Under the pieces are notes generated by a model that saw only the letters and a list, made by a program, of their open reading frames with translations, ran no database searches and was not told the origin of the DNA. A stretch of DNA of 62,307 bases, filler included, from Choristocarpus tenellus KU-1152 (Eukaryota > Protista > Phaeophyceae): assembly GCA_964200185.2 (NCBI GenBank). It is 13 parts of 13 records of this genome, joined end to end, with 100 filler letters (N's around TTAATTAATTAA, not from the genome) between each part and the next. Parts side by side here need not be neighbours in the genome. Positions count along the whole stretch, not along the records: positions 1 to 2,837 come from CAXNAD020024313.1; positions 2,938 to 9,216 come from CAXNAD020008495.1; positions 9,317 to 13,524 come from CAXNAD020015692.1; 10 more parts are not named here. One strand, given 5' to 3'. The position numbers and the translations under genes are program-made. Numbering within the stretch: position 1 is the first letter of the stretch; each line of letters starts with the position of its first letter. Of the stretch, positions 1-12,371 are shown one piece after another.

Positions 1-679
1 CAACTGAGTTCAAGATACCTCTATATACAATAACAAAATTATACCTTAAATGTGTCACGGAAATCATTGATCTAGTTTGTTCCCGAGCCCTCCGAGGAAT
101 AGCCAGTGATGATGCTGTGGAACCAATAATCAAGACTGGCATGGACTTGCAACAGGAGGAAGGTGTACATCCCCACTGGCAGCATAATAAGGTCAGTCAC
201 ACCCCCACGGTTCGAGCAGAGGAAGGAAGTCGTTCAGTCAAAATCGCCAATTTATCAAAGGGGTGAAGCTACCTGCAAATTCGGTAGGAAGTCATGCCTC
301 CCTTGTATTGCTTACGCATACCCTCTCAGATACTGCCACCTGTGCAGTTGCAGCCACACCTTCTAATCCTGAAGACTTGAAAATGCTAGGGATAAAGAAG
401 TTTTTTTTTTAAGAAGGCATTTGTAAAACACACACACACACGCACACATGTGGCTTTAACTGAAAGCCGGAAGAATGACTAGCAACTTTTAGACCTGCCT
501 TTTCATTATCCGAATTTGAATTAGGCTACTGTACCACAAATTCTGTTGAGTTTCCTCTTGAAGCAGGTACTAAGCAAGCTGGTAGAGCTTCGTGTATCAT
601 ACGGCACCAAAAATATGTGACACCACCCACCAGTGTGTAAAAGATACAGAAGAACAGAGTATTGTAAAACCCTCTCAAG

Positions 680-2625
680 CCCATGGGCATTCCCTCTTAC
701 CGTTCTGCAAAACCAATGGATACCCCCATTCTCTGTGGATTTTGAAACATCAACAAATATTTGATGTGAAACCCATGCCCCTTATCGTCTATGGAAGAGT
801 ATTTGTCCCCATTGTTAAGTTCAAAGCGTATATCTTGCCTAGATATTCAATCAGCCTATTGGCAATTACCAATGTCTGAGGAATGTGAATGGCAACAGAC
901 TGTCTTACTTTCATGGCAGATGGGGAGTGTGAGTTTGGAGGTTACCGTACAAAATGTACTGTGGATATTCCAAGACTCGATGTCTGAAACAGTTTCTAAA
1001 GGTGTTCCTAGCTGAGGCTTATTGGTATATTTAGATATTTTGGCTCCTCCAACTTTGGGGTGAACCATAAACAATTTATTGTCATGAACCGTAGGGGTTG
1101 TATGTTAACGCTATCCAAGTCTCAATTTCGCTCTAGACAAATCCATTATTTGGGGCATGATGTCAACCCCGATGGAGTATATATATCCTAGAGGGGGCTG
1201 CCGTGGAGTTGAAGGGACTGCCGTCTTGTAGTACATGTGCTCCAAGCACTCTGGAGGTCAATTTCACACTTATATAGAAAGGGTTTCTTCTCCTCTTTCA
1301 CAGCCACATCCTCAGCCATACTGTGGCTGGACATGATGCAAGACACGCCCAATCTATTAACTATATGGACCATATCTCTGGGAAGCATTGATTTCATCAT
1401 CATTTGTAAGTCCAGTGGATTACATTGCATCCCATGTATGTTGTCATGTCCTCAACTGGAAGAGTTCTGTAAACATAAATCTGAAATGGAAACCTTGACT
1501 CCTTTATGTCTAAATGTGTGAGCTGAAACTACAAAAAGCAACTTCTCAAGCAAGTCATATCTTGCCTATGAGTTGAATGCGGACAACCTAGGTGAAATCA
1601 CTAGAGTGGCCAATGACTTAAAGCTCTATGTTAGTTCTGTCAATGTAACCCCGGTAGTCGATAGCCAAAGCTCAACATGATCGGTTTGAAGCACAATTCA
1701 AATATTTGGCAGACCTTGAATATTCAACACTACCCCTTAATTAGGGAATAGCCTACACCATGTTGTTTTTTTTGCACACAAGAGAGATATTTAAGTCCTG
1801 TAATACCAATATTATCGACCCGGTCATCTCCACTAGAGAGGAGCTTTTCGTGATCAATTTGGTAGCCCCAACTGAAGTCCAGGGCTCAATTTCACTCGCC
1901 CTACATGACCATGAGGTTGCAGACCATCTTGCTTTCAAGAACATCTTTTTCCATGTAAGAGACAGTCATTGGTGGCTGATCTAGATAGAGATGTTAGTAA
2001 TTGGTTCAAAACACCCCAGTTGTGTCAAAGACAAAGACCTCCTATACTCCTACTTCACTACCCACAGGATATACAAGTGTCGTTACACACCTGTTTCAAT
2101 GTCTCAATGTTGACCTTGTAGAATATATCACCACATAAGCCGATACAAAATATGTGCTACCCACCGTAGACCATTTTGCAAGATCCGCATTCTTTTTTGA
2201 CAATGAAAATTTGCATGAAGACGTGACTAGACCTCTAGTTGATCGTCTTTTTATCAATTGTTGGGCCCCCTGAAACTCTCCGGTCTGACCAAGGAAATAT
2301 CTGAGAATGAGCTATTGGCAGAGTGGTGAAAAGTGTATGTTTGCTACAAAACTAAGACTGCGGCATATTGACCCCAAGGTAATAGCGTATGTGAAGGAAC
2401 TCATTCCACGATGCATTGTATGCTGGCCATATATTCTAATGTATGTGAGTCTGTCTGGGCATCTTTTTTGCCCCTATTAGTACATCTAGCACATTACACA
2501 ACCTCCAATAACACTGTTTCAAAGAACGCCATTTTCCTCTCATGTGTTCAGTGGTCGCCCAATTTTAATATTTGATCTTGTTTTGGGGGTTCTTGAGGTT
2601 GCCCCTATAGCCCGTAAGAGAATAC
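680..2625 (+). mobile_element. Degenerate Ty3/Gypsy LTR-retrotransposon pol remnant (RT-RNaseH-integrase order)
   Basis: Frameshifted motifs in Gypsy order: RT (CLDIQSAYWQLPMSEE, LLVYLD), integrase zinc-binding region (HLAFKNI...HWW), core (PETLRSDQG; TAAY.PQGNSVCEGTHSTMHCML). Many stops and frameshifts. Confidence 0.8.
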
Positions 2626-2648
2626 ACCATGAGGACTGAGAAAGATTT

Positions 2649-2820
2649 GGCTCAAAATATCTGGGGTTGGTGGTGGCTGTCCGTTCGGGCCCACTTTTCC
2701 ATGTCGCGATTTTTGGGTGAATTTGGTTGCACAGGTTGGACGGATAAAGTGCACTTCTCTTAGTCAGGGCCCGAATGGACACCTTGGTGTACCCCCCCCC
2801 CCCCCCCCCCCCCCCCCCCA
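2649..2820 (+). mobile_element. MITE family B copy (poly-C subterminal), truncated at contig end
   Basis: Aligns by eye with the full copy at 4324-4501 (ggctcaaaatatct...gtccg...tgtcgcgatttt...gtgcactt...aatggacacc...poly-C). Confidence 0.75.
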
Positions 2821-2837
2821 CGTTTCCATTATATTTT

Positions 2838-2937
2838 NNNNNNNNNNNNNNNNNNNNNNNNNNNNNNNNNNNNNNNNNNNNTTAATTAATTAANNNNNNN
2901 NNNNNNNNNNNNNNNNNNNNNNNNNNNNNNNNNNNNN
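2838..2937. other. Artificial contig linker (44N-TTAATTAATTAA-44N)
   Basis: Identical 100-bp cassette with stops in all six frames. Also at 9217-9316, 13525-13624, 17532-17631, 32763-32862, 35683-35782, 40522-40621, 44983-45082, 50009-50108, 53368-53467, 56068-56167 and 58938-59037. Confidence 0.98.
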
Positions 2938-3994
2938 CTACAAGGGCTCTGAAGCCCGAAAGAAGGTCGAAAGGGCTCGCAAGGTGGAGGAGAAAGTGAT
3001 CGTAACAAAGGAAGCCGTGGAGACTTTTCGATACCACCAAATCCTTCACTTCGACGAGGTCGCGAAGCAGGTGGAGGTAGTCATCAACAAGGACGCCAGG
3101 GAAGGAGAGGAGGTGAGATTAAGACTATTTGTACACCAGTGGTTGGTGTCTCTCACTTCTTGTAAGATGCCATACATGCACTTTTGTTACTGGACTTGGG
3201 GTTGGACGTATAGATTTGATTAAGCCTTTCTTCCCACCTGCATTCATTCGAGAAATCAACACAATTTTCAATCAATTCAAGCCTCTCCTCCCTCGCCCTT
3301 GTGCCTTGAAAAAAAATATCACCCGTCCAGGAAACACGGATAACGCCCATTTCCGGCACTCAACAAGGAAGTGTGATAGTTGAGCCTCTAACACTGCGAA
3401 TTCTGTACTTGTGTATGAACTGTGCAAATTACCTTGGGAGGTATGCTATTTGTTAGTAGTGAAGATAAGAAGGTGTGAAGCCTCACACGACCCCCTTTGC
3501 TGAACGTGATTACATGGTTGAAGATTAGAAGAGAAGAGAAGAGTGACCTTGGTGTGGTGTCTTCTCATTGCTTGTTTATTATTTATTTGTGCTTCCTATC
3601 TAAGTCAACGGTTATGTCAAAGTAGTTGAATGCGGAATATATACCAANNNNNNACATGGACTCAATTCAACACAATAATCTCATATACACAAAATAAGGT
3701 GCATCTCACTATTGTCCTATTTTGCACATGAACCACGTGAAAGACAGCCAAACGGCGTACGAGATGGCAGCAGGATATGCAATGGTCAGACCGGAAACTG
3801 TGAGTAAATGGGAGAGAGACTTCCTAACAAAGGACAACATCAAGGTGTCGGAGCAAGGGTGCTATGAGAGACATTTCGTCCTGGGCGTCGATGAGGACAT
3901 CCTTGCTAAGGTCAAAGAGTGGGTGCGCGAAGACACAGGAAGAAAGAGTGGGGAGACTTTTTTCCCACCTAAACCCTATACTTCAATCAAGTAA
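2938..3994 (+). pseudogene. Spliced transposase-like (HTH N-terminal region) fragment interrupted by a repeat insertion
   Basis: Exon 2938-3112 ends at GAG|GTGAG. The downstream frame reads NHVKDSQTAYEMAAGYAMVRPETVSKWERDF...SEQGCYER...DEDILAKVKEWVRE, which resembles the N-terminus of IS630/Tc1-like eukaryotic transposases. Recognised from memory, not searched. Confidence 0.35.
3457..3728 (+). repeat. Dispersed ~270-285 bp repeat (solo-LTR-like), family F
   Basis: Shared blocks gtgaag..agcctcacacg..cccctttg..agaagagtgaccttg..ctattgtcctattttgcaca with 34215-34496 and the partial copy at 53579-53775. Ends in ...TGCACA; no clear TSD. Confidence 0.7.
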
Positions 3995-4323
3995 TAGTGG
4001 ATACGTTGCCACTCTTGGTGATCTACGCTCCAGGGTTCGAAACCCAATATGAGCGGTCTTTCTTCAAGAAAAGGAAAAAAATGTCGAAAAAACGAAGCCC
4101 GTACTCTGGAGGGCCTTGTGACGGGCATCACAAAGATGCTTTTATTTTTTTAATCCGATGTCTATATCAAACGTTATGACGGGACAACCCCAGAGGGCGA
4201 AACTACTGAGTGGCTGCCAAGAGAAAGGTTCAGCCACTGTAATAATACAAGCTGTCAACATTCTTGTCGACGATCATTTATACCGATACGTTTATAACAT
4301 ACCGTGTGGAAGCAAGGCATGAA

Positions 4324-4501
4324 GGCTCTAAGTATCTTCGGGGGGGTGGCGGCTGTCCATTTGGGGTCAATTTTTTTATGTAGCGATTTTGGGGTGATGT
4401 GGTTGCATACGTCAGATGGATAATGTAAATGCACTTTTCCTTATCTTGGGCCAAATGGACACCCTTGTGTAGATTCCCCCCCCCCACAGATACTTTGGGT
4501 C
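4324..4501 (+). mobile_element. MITE family B, complete copy (178 bp)
   Basis: TIR GGCTCTAAGTATCT ... AGATACTTTGGGTC, subterminal G-run and C-run, inverted GTCCATTTGG/CCAAATGGAC, flanking 3-bp duplication GAA/GAA. Confidence 0.8.
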
Positions 4502-4819
4502 GAAGTGAGGCAGCGCAATTAATTGGTTGCAGTGCAACCAAAGGTGGTTAGGTACTTTTTCTTTTATGGTGTGATAAATTGTGTTATGTGTGGCGCGCTT
4601 GATAATGAACTGAAGGATGTATGTAACGTTTCATAGCGTCAAGGCCCTTTGAGACAGTAGCTACGGTATGAAATACGTTTCTCTCCAACACCAACGAAGG
4701 GACTAATTTGATGAGTGAAATTTATCCTAGATCCGATGCTCTTCTCCACTCGTCCATCACCGGCCGTTTGTGGCTAGATACCTTTCTTCAGTGCATAGCT
4801 GTTTCTCTGTCTTCTAATC

Positions 4820-5079
4820 GAGGCAAACCAATTGAGAGGTAGGAAGTTTTGGCCCCTTTCGTATTCTAGGCTATATTTCTTGCCCTGTGCAATACACTCT
4901 ATTTCCATTGCTTAATGTGTAAATTAATGTAATGGAAAATTAGTATTTCCCATTTCCACACAAAACATGACACCACACGTTTAAGCAAAGACTCTGCAAT
5001 TATATGAAGAACAGGACAAGCCTTCCCGCCTTGAACAGTATTATTCGCTACCCCTTTACTGACATCAAAGGTATACCTC
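4820..5079 (+). mobile_element. MITE family D copy (degenerate)
   Basis: Starts gaggcaaaccaattgagaggtagg; internal gcaatacactctattt is shared with 9399-9658. Confidence 0.65.
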
Positions 5080-5210
5080 CCTGTAATGAAAGAGGAGGAG
5101 AGCCTCTGTCCGGAGACAGGGTGCGTGTATAACGTAGCTAGGTAACAGGGGGTAGGACTGTGTGAGTGGGGGGGGCTGTACCTGTGTACAAACTAGGCAA
5201 CTTAGATGTA

Positions 5211-5465
5211 GAGTGGAAGTATCCTAGACGTACGAGTTTTCGTGTTTGTCCATTTGGAGGTTAGCTGCCCACGGGTTTTTAATGACATTTTACCGACTCC
5301 AAAATATTTCGAAGTAGGTAAAATGTATACGTTATAAAAAGGAGTGTCCGGAACAAGGATATTGACATCTCCTAACAAAAACGTAGCCAAAATTACATCA
5401 AAATTGTAACATTGGATTTTGGCCCCAAAATAGACGCGGCTCTACCCTCTAAGATACATTGACTC
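5211..5465 (+). mobile_element. MITE family A copy (~255 bp)
   Basis: TIRs GAGTGGAAGTATC ... TACCCTCTAAGATACATTGACTC; internal sequence matches the other family A copies. Confidence 0.85.
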
Positions 5466-6140
5466 ATACCACCTGCCTGTTGCACAGGACTTGCAACTGC
5501 TGGTGCTATGCTGTTGCTGCCAAAACTACTACTTCTTACATGGTATTACAAAAATGGGATAGAAACATGCAAAACCATCCCTAGATGCCTTTTTGCTCTG
5601 CCTGTCACACAATTTTGTGTCTTGTATGTATCTGCGGATATCCCCTGTTGTACCATTGTCGACTTCTCCCCGGTTGGAGATATGTCCTATATTATTAACA
5701 GCTATCATCGTTCTTTGTATTATGGATATTAGAAATATTGAGGTGCTCTGCTCGATTAGTGAGATTGACAGCTAGTGGTGAGTGAAAAAAAGTAAGAATA
5801 TTTTGTAAGAAGTTTTATGGGGCCTTCTTCCACTGCCCGTACCAGTAATCATTGATGACTAGGTGAGACATATCCTTGCCTTAGAATCAATCATGTCTCG
5901 TTACACTACTTGCTTCACCTTTATGGTCATAGTAATTATCTACATTCATGGCATATATATACACGCTGGCAGGGTGACTCCCACCTTCACAAAACTCACC
6001 CTTGACCATCAGCAAACCCAATCCCCTGGTTGGCTCTCGTATGCCATGAGTCAAGACCGATTTCTCATTTCAAAACCCTAAACTAAAACCAACCCTGATT
6101 GGAAATAATGGAGTATGAAACGAACAAACAAAAAAAAATT

Positions 6141-6398
6141 GAGTGAAAGTATCTTGGAGGGTACGAATTTTGCCCAGTTTGTCCGTTTGGGACTTGACTT
6201 CCCACGGTATTTTTATGACATTTTCCTACTCCGAAATGTTTCGGAGTAGGTAAAATGTATATTTTATGAAAAGGTGCGTCTAAAACAAGGGTATTGACAC
6301 TTCCTAACAAACACGATAGCCTAAACTACATCAAAATCGCAACATTGGATTTTGGCCCCCAAACAGACGTGGCTCTACCCTCTAAGATACTTTGACTC
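6141..6398 (+). mobile_element. MITE family A copy
   Basis: GAGTGAAAGTATCTTGGAGGGTA ... TACCCTCTAAGATACTTTGACTC; flanks ATT/ATT. Confidence 0.88.
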
Positions 6399-6698
6399 AT
6401 TTACCCGAATAGTAGTACATATATACAACCCAAATCTTCTTCAATTGAAAAAGACAGGACCGATCATCGCAAAGGACAGTGAAACTTCAAAAATCGGTTG
6501 AGAAATAGCATTATCAAGGAGGAATGGAGAGTAATTATTTTTTTTGGCACGTGTGTGTTACATACTTATGTATGGGTGAATGTGTAGAAAATCCCCAACG
6601 AGATCCATCTTGCTGGGTAGCTCGGTAGGTATGGTTATTTTTGCGCAGTACATCATATGATGGTGATCTGCACGGTCAGTTCACTTCTCTAAAACAAT

Positions 6699-6965
6699 GG
6701 GTATAACCAATTGAGAGGTACGTAGAGTTGTATTTTAAGGATCCCCAGAAACGAGAAACGGCAAAAAGATGCCATTTTGTAGAATTGGAGATAGATCCTT
6801 TGCTGAATGATGATGCCACTATGTGTGTGGAAAGGGGGAATATCAATCTTGTGTACACTATTGTGCACTTAAAGCAATGACATAGAGTGTATTGCACAGG
6901 GTAAGGAAGATGGATTAGAATGCAAAAAAGGACCAAAACTACCTACCCCTTACCTGGTTTGGCTC
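6699..6965 (-). mobile_element. MITE family D copy (reverse orientation)
   Basis: gggtataaccaattgagagg ... ctacctacccc..tggtttggctc; flanks AAT/AAT. Confidence 0.75.
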
Positions 6966-6979
6966 AATGCTATCAAGAG

Positions 6980-8500
6980 GCATTATGTGGGGGTACTTAC
7001 CTTTGCTCCCACCAAGTGCCACACACTGGGTAGAGAGTCGAAGTAAGTGAGGGGTACCCAGAGTTGTTTTTGATTATGCTGACAAATGTCATAAATTCGA
7101 CCTTTTTACAAATGCATGTAGGATCTTTTCTGAATTCTGTTGAAAACTCTCAAACAATAAAGAAATCAATGTTCTCAAGCCAAACTTAACACTTCATCCA
7201 CATAGAGATACGGGTGAATTGTGTAAGAAAACTGTCTTAAAATGCAACATGGCCAATATCTGGGTTCCTCTCGCTTGCTTTGACTCAGATGAGTATCCAT
7301 CAGGATATTTGACTTATTTCCATGATGGTGAACGATGCTCGTTAGCAGTCTCGCACTGTTGCTTCTCTTTTCATACTCGTTGTCCCCATGTGGAAGGGCC
7401 ATGGGAGGTCATTATTCCGAGTTGAGGGCTTGGTGAAATTGGGAGTTTCCAGAAAACTGCGATAAAAAGAGTGGAAAGCAATGAAATCTCCACTAATGTT
7501 TTCGAATTTTTAGGGATGGCAACGACAGGTTGGGTGATGGTAATGTCTCTAAGAGATACAATGGATGAGCGAGGAGAACCGGTGGTACTAGTATGGGGGG
7601 GGGGGTGTTTATAATCGATCCAATGGATTAATAAATGTGGAGATACAAAAGATAGATGAAGGATACAAAATAAAATTCTTTGAGACCCTAGAAACACAAA
7701 GGTGTTGGTGCCACAAGGCTAGGCATGTTAAGATTTTTTTAGCTGGGTAGTGGATGGGAATTCAATATGGAAATGTGAAGTACTGGGTCAACTTGAAAAT
7801 ATGCAACCCGACCCATTTATGCTCTGGCAGGAGGTGCCGCTAGCAGGGAATGGATTTTGTTTTTGTTCTATGATCTTGCAGTCAAACTGAGCAGAGGGAT
7901 TACTGACAGCACTCTGGCAGCATGTGAAGACACCTGAGACAGTGGGCACAGTTTCGCCAGAGGAAGAACAATGAAATTTTGCTCAGGAAGAGCAAAGGAG
8001 AGCATAAAGCAATCTAATGGGGAGTTTATTTCCGAGTTCGTAGCATTTTGTTATGGGAAGGACCAAACAAAGACACGACAGTAAGGAGGAAACTTAAAAC
8101 TCTCAGAAGCATGACGAAGGGACTAAAACAAATGTGTTCCAGAGGTGGAAGTCCGAGAGTTGGCATTGTATTTTGGGAAGAAGAGAGCGGTAAAAACTTG
8201 GTCGAGAATGTATTGACTCCCACTGAGATTCATAGAGTGGCACGGTGTAATTCGGAGGCTTTTATGGTGTATGTAAAAGAAGCTGCAGGTAGGTTGAAGA
8301 GAGTTTCAAATACACGGAAAGGGGGTTGAATTGGTACGTAGGTGTTAGGAGGGATTTTACGTGGGCAGGTTTCTACACAAGGTTCTTGAAGAGGGTCTAT
8401 ATTCCTTAAGAGAGGAGTAATCGTGAGTTGGCTGTTCATGCAAAGGTTGGAGCAGGTTTGGTGAGGGTGTGGTTCAACCATTTGTAGCAACCTGAGTGTA
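6980..8500 (-). mobile_element. Highly degenerate Ty1/Copia integrase-RT remnant
   Basis: Minus-strand residues resembling integrase (QNA..E.N; FLW[A]ETV after a frameshift), followed by the RT start (VKYPDG...KQARGTQI...FKTVF..SPV, compare IKYHADG..YKARLVARGFTQ..GIDFKETFSPV). Confidence 0.45.
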
Positions 8501-9398
8501 TGGTTGGGGCAACTAGAGTAACTTTCTTCGTGAGCAAAAACAAAAGTAGCATTAATTTGCGCAAAATAAAATACGTTATGGTATTCTGTCTAACGACCAT
8601 AAGAAAATCCACTACGAAAATCAGATGGCGCAAAATGAAATTCACCATCAAAAATAAAAAATGCAAAATACAAGAAACGACACCCGAAGGTGACGGGCAA
8701 ATTTAAACCAGCTTCAGCACGTTTAGTGGGTGGCCCGTGACGAAAGAGCAGTCTGCCTTAGCCCGTGTTAGCTTCCATCTATTTCGACCCTTCCCTGGAC
8801 ATTCCCCAGTGGATTGAGCGATGGAGGTAGGTCTTTGTCCCAATAGTGTCGACTTCTATCGCTCGCCCTGGCTGTGGCTAAAGCAAATGGGGATCGAAGC
8901 ACAGGCTGGGGAACAGATGTAACTGGTCGAACGAGGTCCATATTTCGCTGGAACCGAAGTAGGTTGTTTAAGGCACCACAGAGAGAGGGCGAGGAGTTCT
9001 GGGTTAAAACAGGTTCAAGCATCGATGCGAGGGTTGCCAGTACACTGTTGAAAACCTCTTGGTGCGGCAGCGAAGTTTGGCTTGATACCTCATCGTGCAT
9101 GGACGTTCTGTTCTAGTGAGATAGTTCTAGGTCCTGCCTAACGATCGGGGTTTCGACTGAGGCAGCAAAAGGGTGTGACATGCTAGCAAACATAACATGC
9201 GCATCTCCCATGATACNNNNNNNNNNNNNNNNNNNNNNNNNNNNNNNNNNNNNNNNNNNNTTAATTAATTAANNNNNNNNNNNNNNNNNNNNNNNNNNNN
9301 NNNNNNNNNNNNNNNNGTGGTCAGTCGTACCCCCCCCCCCCCCAGATACTTCGAGCCATGAGCAAAAAAACCTTGGCAGGATATGTGGGGGGCCTTGT

Positions 9399-9658
9399 GA
9401 GCCAAACCAATTGAGAGCTAGGCAGGTTTGCAACCTTTTGCATTCTAAGAAGCCATCTTTCTTACCCAGCGCAATGTACTCTATTTCGTTGCAATATGTT
9501 CACAATTCTGTACACAAAATTGATACTCTCCCATTTTACACAAAAAGTGACTCGGGAATCAAACAAAGGCTCTTTCTGCAACGTACAAAATAGCATTTTT
9601 TTCCCTTTCTAGGGGTTCTTAAAATATAACCTTGTCTACCTCTCATTTGGTTTGACCC
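9399..9658 (+). mobile_element. MITE family D, complete copy (260 bp)
   Basis: TIRs GAGCCAAACCAATTGAGAG ... CTCTCATTTGGTTTGACCC; flanks TTGT/TCGT (4-bp TSD with one mismatch). Confidence 0.82.
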
Positions 9659-10329
9659 TCGTATAGTTTATGGGGGAAGCAAGTTAATACTATTCTGCTT
9701 CATTGACTGCCGTTCTCTAAATTGACAGAAAGCGGGAAAATGCTGTGTTTGTCAGCAGCCCTGAAGCAAGGTCCCTCTGAAAACACTGTGATACATGTGT
9801 CCTACGGTTCTGTGAAAAAGGAGCCAGCTGAAAAAGTCGAGCAAAATATCAACAGATAGAATATGCATACTTGTAGTTTTCACTATTAGTACATTGGAAG
9901 GAGTGGATATCATCTGCAACCAAGTCATCATGCCGCCCCCCTTCTCTTCTACTACATGTTTTTTGAAGAGATAGAGATTTTTTGTTTTGTGTTCGATAGT
10001 TTGTACTTCGTCAAACGGTTCTACAGGTGCATACATAGAGGTTTCTGAAAGATTGCGCAGATTGCCGTCTTTGGTGTCCGGCTCGCCAGTGCCGCAGCCT
10101 ACCCAGTAACCCAGTTATTTTAGCATTCTCGCAGTTCAGTCAGAGGTAGTTTACTAGTTTCCTTCATTGGAATGTACAGGTCCTCACCTATTTGAGTTCA
10201 GACTTCCATAACAATGAAACTTGGTTTCAGAACCAAGTGGTGAGCACAATGGGAAGCTACATTCCCTTTGCCTTCGTGGTGTGTGTTGCTGAACAATGAG
10301 AAATAATGTACAAGACCGGAATTGTGTCA

Positions 10330-10587
10330 GAGTGGAAGTATCTTAGAGGGTACGAGTTTTGCCCTGTTTGTCCATTTTGGAGCTTGGCTTCCCACGATTC
10401 TTTTCATGACACTTTCCTACTCCAAAATGTTTTGGAGTAGGGAAATGTACGAGTTATGAAAAGGTTGTTCCGGAATAAGGATATTGAAATTTCCTAACAA
10501 ACACGATAGCTAAAATTACACCAAATCGCAACATTGGATTTTGGTCCCCAAATGGACGCGGCTCTACCCTCTAAGATACTTTGGCTC
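10330..10587 (+). mobile_element. MITE family A, complete copy with 4-bp TSD
   Basis: GAGTGGAAGTATCTTAGAGGGTA ... TACCCTCTAAGATACTTTGGCTC; perfect flanking GTCA/GTCA. Confidence 0.9.
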
Positions 10588-11459
10588 GTCAGCAAGCGCA
10601 ATTGCAACCAAGGAAGTATTGCAAAAGATATGAGGGAGGAGGCATAAGAAAAAAATGAGGCACGCACAACCCATTGCAATTAGTCGTAACGCAAAAAGAG
10701 TTTTTATTTGTTCTTAGTTTGAACGAGAAGTAGTGAAGTGGAATGTGTTATGCCTCTGACCACATGTAAGGTTTAGGTAGGGTTGAGGTAGCTTAGTCGT
10801 TCATAGTGAGATAATATGATATATTTCTGTTGCATTATGCAATTAGTATCCCAACCACATCTGAATCATTTGTTATGGAAATAGTATTGGACAAAACGCC
10901 ACTTTCAGTTGCGTTGGGATGGATCTTACTGGATAGAGGCATCAGCTACTATAGATGACACACAACAATTTCTTAAGGTGATATCTCGTTCAAGGTCTTG
11001 AGGATCGCCGGATCACTCGATTCTTTGTTTGTGAAGGACTGCAAGATGGAGTCCACCGTGATATAGTCGAACAAGGATCAATCAGAGTCTGCTGTGTTGT
11101 GGGGATGAATTCTTTCGTGGGAGTTGCGTGCTGGGATTCTCGATCAGTTTGGGAGTCATTCACAATTCCAAGTAAAAAAGATGAACAAAGACAATAATCT
11201 GTAGACTGGAATATTAATATAAAGGGGTATAGACATATATATATATATATTTGGTGTGTGCGTATTGTGGTATGTATTGCGTTTTGAAAAGCTCTTTGGT
11301 CTGTTGTGTAATAAATACAGTCTTGTTGTATTATGGAAAGAACCACAAATGGAAAACAAAGATAAACGGTTCGAAAACAAAACAAACCGTTGTGTTGAGT
11401 TGTTGTTTCCCTCATCTTAAGAATTATATTGAGGAAACTTCAACAAGAAAATAAATAAT

Positions 11460-12240
11460 GAAATCATGTGTACGAACGGGATACGACGTATACCTTTTGA
11501 CGCGCGGAAAAGCTGTGGACAAAACTCCAACGGCCCAACAACCCCATCCCAACAAGAGCAATTGCTGCCTGACTTGCTGGAGGTCGAACGACCTCCCGCC
11601 ACTTAGGTGTGCTACCGGTGAAAGTGGAAACAGGGGTGAGGTAACCATCTGTTGCCATTGAATCCTCAATTAAGGAAAAGTGTGGAAAGGGCCTGGGCTT
11701 GGACTCTGTGAGGAGAGAGAATGTCGTTTTTCCGTCAAGACATTTGAGAGTGGTTGGTTGCCTGCGCCTAGGCCTGTGGGAGTATCGTAGGTCAAGATCT
11801 CGGTGGTTGCATTTGTCGAAAATTGATTTCCTTACCGAATGCTATTCGACTTCGGTGTGTTGTCTATCTTTGGTCTTGCGCAACGTGGAACGTTCAAACA
11901 AAACGATCTCGTCAAGGACGCATGCACCACCTCGCCCAGGCCTGCATTACCTCACGCGTAAACTCATTGCATCACATGATACAATTTTTTGACCGAGGCA
12001 ATCATTAAAAATCGTTTGCAGGTGCGTTAGTTTGCCAAGACACGTTTTCCAGAGGACGCAATTTACATCAACGGCGTAAGAGGTGAAATCTACAGTGATT
12101 CTTGTCGGCTTGTAAGAGGTACAATTCAGTGCATGTCCAGGTCGAAAGGTGGCCCGCCTGGAAACAAACATTGTGATATGTTTTTATGAGGACCAAAATT
12201 TGTAGGCAATGATGCCGCGTTGCGCCAAGATCTGAAGGAT
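11460..12240 (-). mobile_element. Degenerate Ty1/Copia RT C-terminus and RNaseH remnant
   Basis: Minus-strand fragments TFRPGHA (compare TRPDIA), GGA...TEVE* (compare GGAISW...STEAEY), SQAAIAL (DNQAAIAL) and VLSTAFPRVK (DVLTKALPRVK). Confidence 0.55.
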
Positions 12241-12371
12241 TCGCTTCACCATCTGATCATGTCGCAATAGTCGTGCACCCCACTTGTATTGCCTCCTTTA
12301 TCTATCGTTATTCCCAAACCTGAACACGTGCTCGCACTTCCCCTCTTTCTTTTCTGTTCAAGTGCGCTATA

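Noticed and set aside
2882-2893. Regularly recurring TTAATTAATTAA palindrome as a biological repeat or CRISPR-like array
   Set aside because: Always embedded in exactly 44 Ns on each side; it is an assembly linker.
4000-4060. tRNA gene (B-box-like GGGTTCGAAACCC; similar GAGTTCGAACC near 29532)
   Set aside because: No acceptor stem or cloverleaf could be built; at most a decayed tRNA-derived SINE head.
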